From NCBI GenBank assembly GCA_020060565.1, contig JAGVAE010000002.1, forward strand, positions 85,036 through 149,035: DNA of 64,000 bases. The letters run 5' to 3'. Shown here piece after piece: positions 36,370 through 46,032 of the stretch (positions are counted from its first letter, which is position 1; each line of letters opens with the position of its first letter). Below the pieces are notes generated by a model, which had not been told where the DNA came from, made no database searches, and saw only the letters and a list, made by a program, of their open reading frames with translations. The stretch comes from Candidatus Woesebacteria bacterium. GTDB taxonomy: Bacteria > Patescibacteriota > Microgenomatia > UBA8517. A program made the translations under genes and the position numbers.

Positions 36370-37602
36370 GTGATTAGACGGATTAAATTAATTGAATATT
36401 ATTTTGTTATTCTTTTGTTGTTTTTGTTGCCAACACAGCTTGCTTATCATTTTTGGCCCCCCTGGTCATTTGTATTTGGTATAAGGATTGATCTACTTTC
36501 ACCATCAATTTATTTTACTGATTTACTGGTCTTAATATTGGTTGCTCTTAATTTAGAAATCATTAAAAAATACAAGAAATACTTTTGTTTAATCTTAGTC
36601 TTTGCATTTATCAATTCATTTTTTTCAGCATTGCCTCTATTAAGTCTTTATAAATGGTTAAAAATTGTAGAGTTTGTCTTTGTGATTATTTATTTTGTAC
36701 AGGTAAAGGCGATTAGCCTTTCGTTACTGGTCAATACACTTTTTTATTCATTAGTGTTTTTTTCCCTGATTGGAATAGCCCAATTTGTTAATAGAGGAAC
36801 AGTTGGGGGAATTCTATATTACCTTGGAGAGAGAAGTTTTAGTCAATCTACACCAGGAATTGCTCTAATTGCACTTAATGGGGTGGAATACATGAGGGCC
36901 TATTCTACATTTTCTCACCCAAATTCACTCGCGGGTTTTTTAGGGGCAGGGATCTTGTTTGTACTTTTGAGTGGAAAACTTAAGAAGAATTTTTTTAATA
37001 TTTTAGGAGTTTTTTTAATTCTTACTTGTTTTGTTTTATCTTTTTCACTTTCTAGTTATTTGGGAATATTTTTTGTTTTTTCATTCTATTTATTTTCAAA
37101 AAATAAAAACATTTTTACTAAATTAGTGCTTGTCTCGTTTTTTGTTTTTATGCTAAGTAGTTTACTTTTTCCGGTTATTTCTCCTTGGGTACTTAATAAC
37201 TTTTCAAAAATTGGACAAAACATTGTTCAAAGAATTGATTTGGCATATATATCTGGACAAATGATTGGTCAAAGATTTTTGATAGGCCAGGGGTTGGGTA
37301 CTTTTATTGCTAACATACCCACATATAAGGGGATATACACATACTCTTGGCTGCTTCAGCCTGTACATAATATTTTTCTTTTAATTTTTTCAGAGATTGG
37401 AGTGTTTGGGCTATTGGCATTTTACTTTTTGGTAAGTAAAACATTAAAAACATTGGTAAAGTATAGAAGACTTTATCTTCTACTTTCTTTAATATATCTA
37501 TTGTTTACAGGACTTTTTGACCATTACTCACTAACACTTCAACAGAACTTGCTTCTTTTTAGTATCTTCATAGGAATTTCTTTTCGTGCTAAAATAGCCT
37601 GA
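36370..37602 (+). CDS. O-antigen ligase-like polytopic membrane protein
   Basis: RAYSTFSHPNSLAGF, GQGLGTF, QPVHNIFLL. Confidence 0.85.
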   Translation: MIRRIKLIEYYFVILLLFLLPTQLAYHFWPPWSFVFGIRIDLLSPSIYFTDLLVLILVALNLEIIKKYKKYFCLILVFAFINSFFSALPLLSLYKWLKIVEFVFVIIYFVQVKAISLSLLVNTLFYSLVFFSLIGIAQFVNRGTVGGILYYLGERSFSQSTPGIALIALNGVEYMRAYSTFSHPNSLAGFLGAGILFVLLSGKLKKNFFNILGVFLILTCFVLSFSLSSYLGIFFVFSFYLFSKNKNIFTKLVLVSFFVFMLSSLLFPVISPWVLNNFSKIGQNIVQRIDLAYISGQMIGQRFLIGQGLGTFIANIPTYKGIYTYSWLLQPVHNIFLLIFSEIGVFGLLAFYFLVSKTLKTLVKYRRLYLLLSLIYLLFTGLFDHYSLTLQQNLLLFSIFIGISFRAKIA

Positions 37603-38027
37603 TGGAAAAAAATGAAATTGTAATACACACCGATGGGGGATCTCGTGGAAACCCGGGACCGGCGGCGTGTGCATTTGTCGTTGAAAAAGATGGCAAAGAA
37701 GTTTTTAAATCTGCAAAATTTTTAGGAATCCAAACTAATAATTATGCTGAATACCGGGGTGTTATCTTGGCATTGGAATGGCTATCAAGTCAACCATTCA
37801 ACAATATGACCAATTTGTCAATCGTTTTTTTCCTCGACTCAGAATTAATTGTTAAACAAATTAATGGAATATACAAAGTTAAGGATGAAGGATTAAGAAA
37901 TCTTTTTTTTGAAACAATAACACTTATGAATAAGATTGCTGGTATTTTTGTTTTCAAAAATATTCCTAGAGAGAAAAATAAAATTGCAGATTTTTTGTTA
38001 AACGAAGAACTGGATAAATTTTGTTAA
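37602..38027 (+). CDS. rnhA: ribonuclease HI
   Basis: TDGGSRGNPGPA, TNNYAEY, DSEL, PREKNKIAD. Confidence 0.93.
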   Translation: MEKNEIVIHTDGGSRGNPGPAACAFVVEKDGKEVFKSAKFLGIQTNNYAEYRGVILALEWLSSQPFNNMTNLSIVFFLDSELIVKQINGIYKVKDEGLRNLFFETITLMNKIAGIFVFKNIPREKNKIADFLLNEELDKFC

Positions 38028-38142
38028 ATGTCTTCGGGTAAGTTTTTGTGTGAAAGTTTCACGTCCTGTTTTAGGTACGGATACTTTAAAAAAAATTTTG
38101 TAAATTTAAAATCTTCTTCTTTGCGGTAAAATAGTTAGAGAC

Positions 38143-40779
38143 ATGAACAGTGAATCAAAAATTCAAGTAGTTCTTTTTTCTGACCCAAATTTTTTGGCGA
38201 TTAATATTCTAGAAATTTTACTTTCTAAAAATTGTAAGGTATTTGTGGTGTCAGATAATGAAGTAGTTTGGAAGGAAAGAATCAAAAATTTAGCAAATAC
38301 TTCAAACTTTTCGGTGATAAACACAGATGACTATAAAAGTCTTGAAAATTTTTCCTATGCAGTTTTTTGTGGGGGCTATATCAACAAGAAAACTTTATTA
38401 ACAGATTTTAAAAAGTTCAACTCTAACAAAAATTTTGGAAAAGCAAAGACGCTAGCAATTTTTCCCTTTGAAACCTTTTCCTATAAAAACAGTGATCGAA
38501 TCGCTATAAGTGATAATGCTGGAATAATTTATACAGGAGATTTAATGGGACCAAGAATTGATCTTGATAGCAATCTTCTTTTACCAACTTTAATTTGTGA
38601 GATGTTTGAAAAAGGGACTTTAACTTTGGGGGTGGGAGAAATTTTTTATCCAGTTTTTGTTGCTGATGTGGCCAAAACAATAGTTAAATGGTTATTGTCA
38701 TTTGGTCCATATGGAAAGGAAATTTTTCTTCTAGGTCGACAGCTATCAAGTGGAGATTTTTGGAAAAAAAATCTTAAAATTTTTCCAGATTTAAAGATTT
38801 TTTATGATACCGAAGTAGAGACCAGGTTTCTCCCAAAAAATTATGAGATTATTTTAATAAACTCCAATCTTAATATATGTTTTAATGAAACTTATAAATG
38901 GTTGATTCAGCAAAATGCCATTTTTTCTCAACCAAAGAGAAAGATGGGTTTAAATACAAAAACTAGAGAGAAAAAGACAAAATCTATAAAATACAAATTT
39001 TTGCGTCCATATGTTTTGTCATTACTATTTCTTCTAATTCTGCCAGTTCTAACATCTTTAATTTCTGGAGGACTTCTTTATTTATCTTTTAGACAATTTT
39101 TATCAGAAAAGACTGATAGCGCAAAGACTTTTTCTTATGTTGCAAAGACAACGTTCTCAATAGGAAAAAAAGTAAGCGACATCTTTAGTTACATTCCATT
39201 AGCGGGAAGGATTTATAAGGAAATGTCTTACATTTCCTTGACCGGAGAGATTTCATCAGATTTAATGGCTACCGTAATTCCAGCTGCAGAGAGCGGAAGA
39301 GAGATAATGACAGGGATACTAGGGACTGGAATATATGATGTTAATAAACCCGCATTGCAAATAAAGTCTAGTTTAGATTACATGTACCAAAAAATATCTA
39401 TTTTCCATGTAACTACTCAAGACAATGCAAACGGTGGTGTTTACGCTGCTCAGCAGATGCTTCAGCTGGTAGATTTTAACAGATTAAAAACATATACCAA
39501 AGAAGGTGGAATTTTAATATCGAATTTACCTTCAATTCTAGGAAGCGGCAACCCTAAAAATTACCTGATTTTATTTCAGAATAATATGGAACTTAGACCC
39601 ACGGGAGGGTTCATTGGTTCTTATGGTGTAGCTAATTTTGGAGGTGGAAAAATGAACGGATTGGCCATAAATGACATATATTCAGCCGATGGACAACTCA
39701 AGGGTCACGTTGAGCCACCCCTTCCTATAAAAAATTATTTAAATGAAGCAAATTGGTGGTTTAGAGATAGTAACTGGAATCCAGATTTTCCAACCTCAGC
39801 AGAACGGGCCGAATGGTTTTTAAACAAAGAAATGGACCAAAAAGTGGATGGGGTAATAGCCGTCGATCTTACCCCAATCAAAAACATAATTGAATATACG
39901 GGATCAATATTTTTACCTGATTATAATTTAACAATATCGTCTAACAATTTTTATGAAAAAACCCAAGAAGAAGCGCAGGCAAATTTCTTTCCTGGTTCAA
40001 GAAAGAAAGCTAGTTTTTTAACTGCTCTTTCTAGAACGCTTATATCTGAGTTGGGCAAAATGAATTCTAAAAATCAATTATTTGTATTAAAAGCTTTTTA
40101 TAAAAACCTAACCAACAGACATATTCAGATATATTTACACGATAAAAATTCTGCAGAAGCATTAAACAAACTTGGGTGGGATGGCAAAATGCAAACTTAT
40201 TCTTGTGGATCTAATTGCTTCTCAGATTTTTTTGGTGGGGTTGAAGCAAACGTTGGTGTTAACAAAGCTAACTATTTCGTAAAAAGAGAATTTGATTTTG
40301 GTGTGGAAATGGATTCACAAAAAATAAAAAGAAATTTAGTAATAAGTTTAGAAAATTCTGCTAATCCAGCATTGGGTCTGGCTGGGGTTTATAAAACCTA
40401 TTTAAGAGTAATGGTTCCAACCGATGCATATTTGATCAGCGTAAAAAAGATAAGTGGTCAAAATGTCAAAAACCTTACTCCTGAGATAACCCAAGAAAAA
40501 GGGAGACAAGAAGTAGGGGTTCTGGTTGAGGTCAGTCCAAAATCTAAAGATCAAATTATTTTTGAATGGCAGAACACACTTCCTGAGGAAACCCCAATAA
40601 ACAGCTATGGACTATATATTAGAAAACAATCAGGTGTGGGGGAGGATTCGTTATCAATAAAATTCAAGGGAATTGGTAAATTGGTAAGTAGTCCGATCTT
40701 TTCCTTGACCCAAGAGGGTGAATACAGCTATAATACGATTCTGGACAAAGACTTCTTCGCAAGGTTGTCTTGGAAATAA
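38143..40779 (+). CDS. DUF4012-like protein with degenerate N-terminal SDR/epimerase-like domain
   Basis: YLILFQNNMELRPTGGFIGSY, FRDSNWNPDFPTSA, DGVIAVD, NKANY. Confidence 0.8.
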   Translation: MNSESKIQVVLFSDPNFLAINILEILLSKNCKVFVVSDNEVVWKERIKNLANTSNFSVINTDDYKSLENFSYAVFCGGYINKKTLLTDFKKFNSNKNFGKAKTLAIFPFETFSYKNSDRIAISDNAGIIYTGDLMGPRIDLDSNLLLPTLICEMFEKGTLTLGVGEIFYPVFVADVAKTIVKWLLSFGPYGKEIFLLGRQLSSGDFWKKNLKIFPDLKIFYDTEVETRFLPKNYEIILINSNLNICFNETYKWLIQQNAIFSQPKRKMGLNTKTREKKTKSIKYKFLRPYVLSLLFLLILPVLTSLISGGLLYLSFRQFLSEKTDSAKTFSYVAKTTFSIGKKVSDIFSYIPLAGRIYKEMSYISLTGEISSDLMATVIPAAESGREIMTGILGTGIYDVNKPALQIKSSLDYMYQKISIFHVTTQDNANGGVYAAQQMLQLVDFNRLKTYTKEGGILISNLPSILGSGNPKNYLILFQNNMELRPTGGFIGSYGVANFGGGKMNGLAINDIYSADGQLKGHVEPPLPIKNYLNEANWWFRDSNWNPDFPTSAERAEWFLNKEMDQKVDGVIAVDLTPIKNIIEYTGSIFLPDYNLTISSNNFYEKTQEEAQANFFPGSRKKASFLTALSRTLISELGKMNSKNQLFVLKAFYKNLTNRHIQIYLHDKNSAEALNKLGWDGKMQTYSCGSNCFSDFFGGVEANVGVNKANYFVKREFDFGVEMDSQKIKRNLVISLENSANPALGLAGVYKTYLRVMVPTDAYLISVKKISGQNVKNLTPEITQEKGRQEVGVLVEVSPKSKDQIIFEWQNTLPEETPINSYGLYIRKQSGVGEDSLSIKFKGIGKLVSSPIFSLTQEGEYSYNTILDKDFFARLSWK

Positions 40780-40805
40780 GCAAAGCTTGGTTATGAACTA
40801 AAAAA

Positions 40806-41486
40806 ATGGATAAAAAAACACTAAATGCTGAAGAAAGAAAACTAGAGGGAAGAAAGGTTAAGACCTTAAGAACACAAGGGTATTTACCCGGAAATGTCTA
40901 TGGTAAAAAAGTAAAATCTCAATCGGTTCAGGTAAACAAAAAGGAGTTTGAAACAATATATAACGAGGTTGGGGAGACGGGACTTATTTCTCTTAAACTT
41001 AAAAAAGAGGAACTTCCTGTTCTTGTTTCCAACGTTCAAAAACACCCCATTACTGACGAATTTATACACGTCGATTTTCGTCAAGTTGATCTTAAAACTA
41101 AAGTTACAGCTGAAGTTCCAATTGAAGTAATTGGGGAGTCCCCTGCAGAGAAACAAGCAATAGGAACGGTTGTCCAATACCTTAATGAAGTTGAGGTTGA
41201 GGCTCTTCCAACAGATCTTCCAGAGAAGTTTGAAGTAGATACATCAAACCTTGCTGAGGTAGACCAAGCTATTTATGTTAAAGATCTAAAGGTTGATGTC
41301 ACAAAGATTGAAATCAGGACTGGTGCAGACGAAATAGTTGTTAAAGTAGAACCCCCACAAAAAGAAGAAGTAATTGAAGTACCAGTTGCTGCTGAAGGTG
41401 AAGTTCCAGCAGAAGGATCACCAGCACCTGAAGGTGAAGTTCCAGCAGAAGGATCAGAAACTCCAAAAGAAGAACCTAAGGCTTAA
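40806..41486 (+). CDS. rplY: 50S ribosomal protein L25/Ctc
   Basis: LPGNVYG, QKHPI...HVDF, EVEALPTDLP, acidic tail. Confidence 0.96.
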   Translation: MDKKTLNAEERKLEGRKVKTLRTQGYLPGNVYGKKVKSQSVQVNKKEFETIYNEVGETGLISLKLKKEELPVLVSNVQKHPITDEFIHVDFRQVDLKTKVTAEVPIEVIGESPAEKQAIGTVVQYLNEVEVEALPTDLPEKFEVDTSNLAEVDQAIYVKDLKVDVTKIEIRTGADEIVVKVEPPQKEEVIEVPVAAEGEVPAEGSPAPEGEVPAEGSETPKEEPKA

Positions 41487-41748
41487 TAATATAATTAGGA
41501 TCAATTTCGTTTGCTTTATCAATTCTTTCTATTTCAATCCAACCGGGAATGTAATCCGGATGTTTACTTAAAAAGTTTTGCCAAAAAATATCTTCTTTGT
41601 TTTGTGTCTCAGCTCCTAATACCTTAACATCCACATCTACCGGTTTTAAATATGTATCAATATTTATTGAAGCTAAAAGAAGAATAAAAAGAAAAAGTAT
41701 ATAAAAAAAGATCTCAATGGCGGCGTTATTGACCTTCTTGGCAGACAT
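41476..41748 (-). CDS. small membrane-anchored protein
   Basis: TM, VLGAET, FWQNFLSKHPDYIPGW...IDPNY. Confidence 0.7.
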   Translation of the reverse strand: MSAKKVNNAAIEIFFYILFLFILLLASINIDTYLKPVDVDVKVLGAETQNKEDIFWQNFLSKHPDYIPGWIEIERIDKANEIDPNYIIKP

Positions 41749-41769
41749 GTGTTAATGTTAAATATAGAC

Positions 41770-42294
41770 ATGAATCCAGACAATAACAACCCACAAAGTA
41801 CAAACTCAAATTTAGAAAAACTTGAGCAAGATCTTGATAAGTTGACCCAGGAAGCTGCATCAACAACTCAACCCGAAAGCAATACTCCAGTTCAACCTCA
41901 ACCCACTCAACCTATGCCGCAACCAGCCCAACCAATCGAGATCCCACCAGTTTCGCCAGAACCAATGGCAGATCCAGTTCAACCTATTCAGACACCACCG
42001 GCTGCACCAGACGTTCCCGTTGAAGGGGCTAAGAAGGGATCGTCTCTAATGGCTGTTGCTATGACGCTTTTAATTATTGCAATTGTGGTAGCTGTTGGAT
42101 ATGTTGCCTATACAAAGTTTTTTGTGACACCTTCGACACCCGCAGTAGTTGTACCAATACAAACCCCAACAGAAATTCCATTGCCAATTATTACACCACA
42201 AGCCACAGAATCAGCAATACCAACAGCAACCGAATCAGCCCTTCCTTCTGCGTCGCCATCTGCAAGTTCTACGCCTTCGGCCACTCCGCAGTAA
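41770..42294 (+). CDS. Pro/Thr-rich single-TM protein
   Basis: Low-complexity PQ and PT regions flanking one TM helix. Confidence 0.7.
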   Translation: MNPDNNNPQSTNSNLEKLEQDLDKLTQEAASTTQPESNTPVQPQPTQPMPQPAQPIEIPPVSPEPMADPVQPIQTPPAAPDVPVEGAKKGSSLMAVAMTLLIIAIVVAVGYVAYTKFFVTPSTPAVVVPIQTPTEIPLPIITPQATESAIPTATESALPSASPSASSTPSATPQ

Positions 42295-44320
42295 TCAGAA
42301 GACCTTTATTTCCCATCTCATGCCATATTTGTTCTGTGACAAATGGCATAAAAGGATGAAGGAGTTTAAGATAAACATTTAAACCTTTTTCTAATTGTTG
42401 TCTATTAATTTTTCCTTGTTTTGCTTCTTCAATATTTTTATTGCAGAAAACTCCCCAAAACTGGCCAAAAAGATACTCAGCTGCATTACTTAATTTATAC
42501 TTATCCAAAAAGTTTGTAGTAATTTCTGTCGCTTGAGTCAGGCCAGTACTAAACAGATCAGCGTCTTTTGCAGATTCTGTTCCTTCAAAGTTTTTTATAA
42601 ATCGTGCAGCGTTCCAAATTTTATTTGCAAATTTTCTCTGAGCATTAATGTTTTCTTCCGAGAGGGCTACATCGTTTTCAATCAAAGCTCCCCAAAGAAG
42701 TCCCATGCGTAGTGCATCAGCACCGTATTTATCTGCCATTTCAATAGGATCAATTACATTCCCCTTACTCTTACTTATCTTTTGTCCTTCTTTATCTCTT
42801 ACAAGTCCATGTAATAAAATATTTTCAAAAGGGGTTTTTCCTGTCACATAAATTCCCAACATTAACATCCTTATTACCCAAAAAGGAAGAATATCATAAC
42901 CCGTTTCCATAACACTTGTTGGATAGAACTTTTCAAAATCACCCTCCGTTGTTGTTTGTAATGTGGCAAAAGGCCATTGACCTGAAGAAAACCAAGTATC
43001 AAAAGTATCTGTGTCTTGGGTTAATTTGCTATTACCACACTTATCACATTTTACTGGTGTTTCTCCTTTTGTTATTGTCCATTCATGACATTCTTCACAA
43101 CTCCAGGCTGGGATTCTAATACCCCAAACAATTTGACGGCTTATATTCCAATCTCTTAGATTTTTGAGCCAGTGAATTGCTATTTTTTCATACTTTTTTG
43201 CCACGAATTTTACTTCACCAGATTTAATATTATCCAAAACTTTGTTTGCTAACGGTTCTACTTTGATAAACCACTGAGTAGATATAGTTGGTTCAAGAAT
43301 TGAATGGTCTCTGTAGCAAGTACCAATTGTGTGGTAAATTTTCTCTACCTTTTTAATAAGTCCTGCAGACTCAAGATCTTTCACAACCTCCTTGCGGGCA
43401 ACGGCAGCTTTCATGCCTAGATATTTTTCTGGGCAATTAATCATTTTCCCTTTTTGGTCTATTACACTAATGATCGGAAGTTTATGTGCTTGTCCGATCT
43501 CAAAATCGGCTGCATCATGCGCGGGTGTAATCTTAAGTGCACCCGTTCCAAAATCTTTATCTACCAAATTATCTTCAATTACCGAAACCTCGCGGTTAAT
43601 CAGCGGTATATTTGCGGTTAAACCGACCAATCTTGAATATCTTTTATCTTTCGGATTAACAGCGACAGCAACATCGGCAAAAATTGTTTCAGGTCTTGTT
43701 GTGGCAATGGTAATTGATCCATAGTCAAGATAATAAATATTGTCATCCTGTTCAATGGAATCAACCTCAAGCTGAGAATATGCAGTTCCACATTTTATAC
43801 AGTAATTAACAATGCGCTCACCTCTGTAAACAAGTCCGTCATCGTGTAATTTTTTGAATGTTGAATAAACAACCTTAATTATTTCAGGATCCAAAGTGAA
43901 CTTAAATCTGGACCAATCACACGATGCTCCCAATCTTTTAAGTTGGACCTCCATTACTCCTGTATTCTCATGAACATAATCCCAGATCATTTTGTAAAGA
44001 GTGTCGCGGTCGTAATCAAACCTGCTTTTGTCATTTTTGGCTAATTTCTTTTCAAAAACATATTGGGTTTCAATTCCAGCATGATCACTCCCTGGAAGCC
44101 AGAGGGTTGGTTCCCCTTTCATTCTGTGATAACGGATTAAGACATCCTCAATTGCTACATATCTGGCGTGTCCAATATGAAGAGGGTCATTTGCGTTCGG
44201 GGGAGGCATAATAATAGTAAAAGCCTTACTGTTACCATTTGGTTTAAAAGCATTTGAACCTTCCCATTTTTTATAAATATCACTCTCAAACTTTTTGTGA
44301 TCGTATGTTTTATCCATCAT
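42269..44320 (-). CDS. valS: valyl-tRNA synthetase (short form)
   Basis: PPPNANDPLHIGH, DHAGIETQ, ATTRPET, DWNISRQ, DTWFSS, KISKSKGN. Confidence 0.96.
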   Translation of the reverse strand: MMDKTYDHKKFESDIYKKWEGSNAFKPNGNSKAFTIIMPPPNANDPLHIGHARYVAIEDVLIRYHRMKGEPTLWLPGSDHAGIETQYVFEKKLAKNDKSRFDYDRDTLYKMIWDYVHENTGVMEVQLKRLGASCDWSRFKFTLDPEIIKVVYSTFKKLHDDGLVYRGERIVNYCIKCGTAYSQLEVDSIEQDDNIYYLDYGSITIATTRPETIFADVAVAVNPKDKRYSRLVGLTANIPLINREVSVIEDNLVDKDFGTGALKITPAHDAADFEIGQAHKLPIISVIDQKGKMINCPEKYLGMKAAVARKEVVKDLESAGLIKKVEKIYHTIGTCYRDHSILEPTISTQWFIKVEPLANKVLDNIKSGEVKFVAKKYEKIAIHWLKNLRDWNISRQIVWGIRIPAWSCEECHEWTITKGETPVKCDKCGNSKLTQDTDTFDTWFSSGQWPFATLQTTTEGDFEKFYPTSVMETGYDILPFWVIRMLMLGIYVTGKTPFENILLHGLVRDKEGQKISKSKGNVIDPIEMADKYGADALRMGLLWGALIENDVALSEENINAQRKFANKIWNAARFIKNFEGTESAKDADLFSTGLTQATEITTNFLDKYKLSNAAEYLFGQFWGVFCNKNIEEAKQGKINRQQLEKGLNVYLKLLHPFMPFVTEQIWHEMGNKGLLITAEWPKA

Positions 44321-44409
44321 TTCTTTTTAAGAAGCTTAAAGACTAAATAGCCACCAACAAACAAAAAGATTGAAACAATAGTTGTTAAGATGGTTAGATC
44401 AGTTGTCAT
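44317..44409 (-). CDS. 30-aa single-TM miniprotein
   Basis: MTTDLTILTTIVSIFLFVGGYLVFKLLKKK*; ATGA overlap with the tsaD stop and with the valS start. Confidence 0.65.
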   Translation of the reverse strand: MTTDLTILTTIVSIFLFVGGYLVFKLLKKK

Positions 44410-45443
44410 GTGTTAATTTTTAAATTTGGAATCCTATCAATTATATCAGGATTTATAAATTCTCCACGAATAGCCTTGAAGCTGGCTGCAATTCCAATCA
44501 TTGCGGCATTATCTCCTGTAAGCCTTTTGGAATAAGGAAAAAGAATGTTTATTCCATATTCTTTACCAAGCTTTCTAAGGCGTTTTCGTAGTTCTATATT
44601 TGCACAGACACCGCCACCAATTAGAAAATGGCTAAATGGTTGATTTGTTGAATGGTTTAAAACGTAAGAAATAACACGAATTAAATGAGTAAAAGCAACG
44701 TCTTGAAAACTGGCGGCAAGATTGTAAATTTTATCTTTGCTTAATGGCTTTTCGGATTCTACCAATCTACTCATGGCGGTTTTTAGACCAGAATATGTAA
44801 ATATCATTCTTTTTTCCTGACCAATTATGGGAATGGGAAGTTTATAAAGGGCTTGCCCTGAGCTTGCCAAACGGGACATCTTTTCCAATATTGCTCCTCC
44901 TGGATATCCCAAACCCAGCATACGAGCGCCTTTATCCAAAGCCTCCCCTAATGCATCGTCTGTGGTTTGTGCTAGTATTTCATATTCTCCAATTTTATTT
45001 ATCTTCACAAGAAGAGTATTTCCGCCAGAAACAACTAAACCTAACATTGGGAATTTAGAATTTAGAATTTTAAATTTAAAATTTGCCAGGGGTGAGAGAA
45101 TATGCGCTTCCAAATGATTAACGGCGATAAGTTTTTTATTGTGTTTTAATGCTAGTTTTTTAGCCCTATCAATTCCCACCCCAAGAGCAATAGAAAGACC
45201 TGGACCAATAGTGACCGCTATACAGTCTAAATTTTCAATTTTTAATTTTGAATTTTTAATAGCGTGATCGATGACCCAGTCGATGCGCTCTTCGTGCATT
45301 CTTTGGGCAAGTGAAGGCATTACACCACCAAATTTGGCATGGAGAGAAGCCTGAGACCAAATTATATTAGAAAGAATATTTGTTCCTTCTGTCACCGCTG
45401 CCGCCGTCTCATCACAACTTGTATCAATTGAAAGAATCTTCAT
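44406..45443 (-). CDS. tsaD: tRNA N6-threonylcarbamoyladenosine transferase TsaD
   Basis: IDTSCDET, GPGL, NHLEAH, VSGGNT, DDALGEALDK, YPGG, SGLKTA, DNAAMIG. Confidence 0.97.
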   Translation of the reverse strand: MKILSIDTSCDETAAAVTEGTNILSNIIWSQASLHAKFGGVMPSLAQRMHEERIDWVIDHAIKNSKLKIENLDCIAVTIGPGLSIALGVGIDRAKKLALKHNKKLIAVNHLEAHILSPLANFKFKILNSKFPMLGLVVSGGNTLLVKINKIGEYEILAQTTDDALGEALDKGARMLGLGYPGGAILEKMSRLASSGQALYKLPIPIIGQEKRMIFTYSGLKTAMSRLVESEKPLSKDKIYNLAASFQDVAFTHLIRVISYVLNHSTNQPFSHFLIGGGVCANIELRKRLRKLGKEYGINILFPYSKRLTGDNAAMIGIAASFKAIRGEFINPDIIDRIPNLKINT

Positions 45444-45444
45444 A

Positions 45445-46032
45445 TTAATCAATACTTCTACATTTTAAATAAATTTCTGAGATTGGTGTTGGTTTACTTA
45501 AAATGTCAGATTGGTGAACAAGCCTAGTGACACAATCAGTTATTTCCTCAGTTTTATTGATTGGTGGCTGCCATGGAAGGAAATTTGAATATTTCCAGAT
45601 GGTTAGGTGGGGAGAAAAATGATAAAAGTTGTCTTCATATGGTACATTGGAGTCAATTTGGTATTGGAAATCTTCAATTTGTTTAGAGCACCTAACCTTT
45701 GCTACTATAGCCCCCGGTGATATACAGCGAATGAATAGAGCCTGACTTAGTGCTACCGTTGCCCCGTTTAAATTGTGTAAATTTGTTTCTATAAACTCGT
45801 TTATTTGTATCAGTTTATTTAATCCCGCCCTGTTCCAATAATAAAGTGTAATATGCGGTTCTTTTTTGGAATCAATCTTTCTTAAGCCAATATGTTTGTA
45901 TTTTCTGTACATTTCTGATTTGATATCAGACCATTCTTGTCTCCATCCGTCTGGTATTGGAATGGCAACATAAAGCCCCCTTATTGGGCGTTCACCCTCC
46001 TTCAGATTTTTGCGAAAACTGATTCTCTCCAT
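45445..46032 (-). CDS. 2H phosphoesterase / 2'-5' RNA ligase family protein
   Basis: Two HxT motifs: EPHITL and SPHLTI. Confidence 0.75.
   Translation of the reverse strand: MERISFRKNLKEGERPIRGLYVAIPIPDGWRQEWSDIKSEMYRKYKHIGLRKIDSKKEPHITLYYWNRAGLNKLIQINEFIETNLHNLNGATVALSQALFIRCISPGAIVAKVRCSKQIEDFQYQIDSNVPYEDNFYHFSPHLTIWKYSNFLPWQPPINKTEEITDCVTRLVHQSDILSKPTPISEIYLKCRSID

Noticed and set aside
41392-41456. 29-bp direct repeat in rplY
   Set aside because: In-frame 36-bp-period duplication in the low-complexity acidic tail (EGEVPAEGS x2); ordinary.
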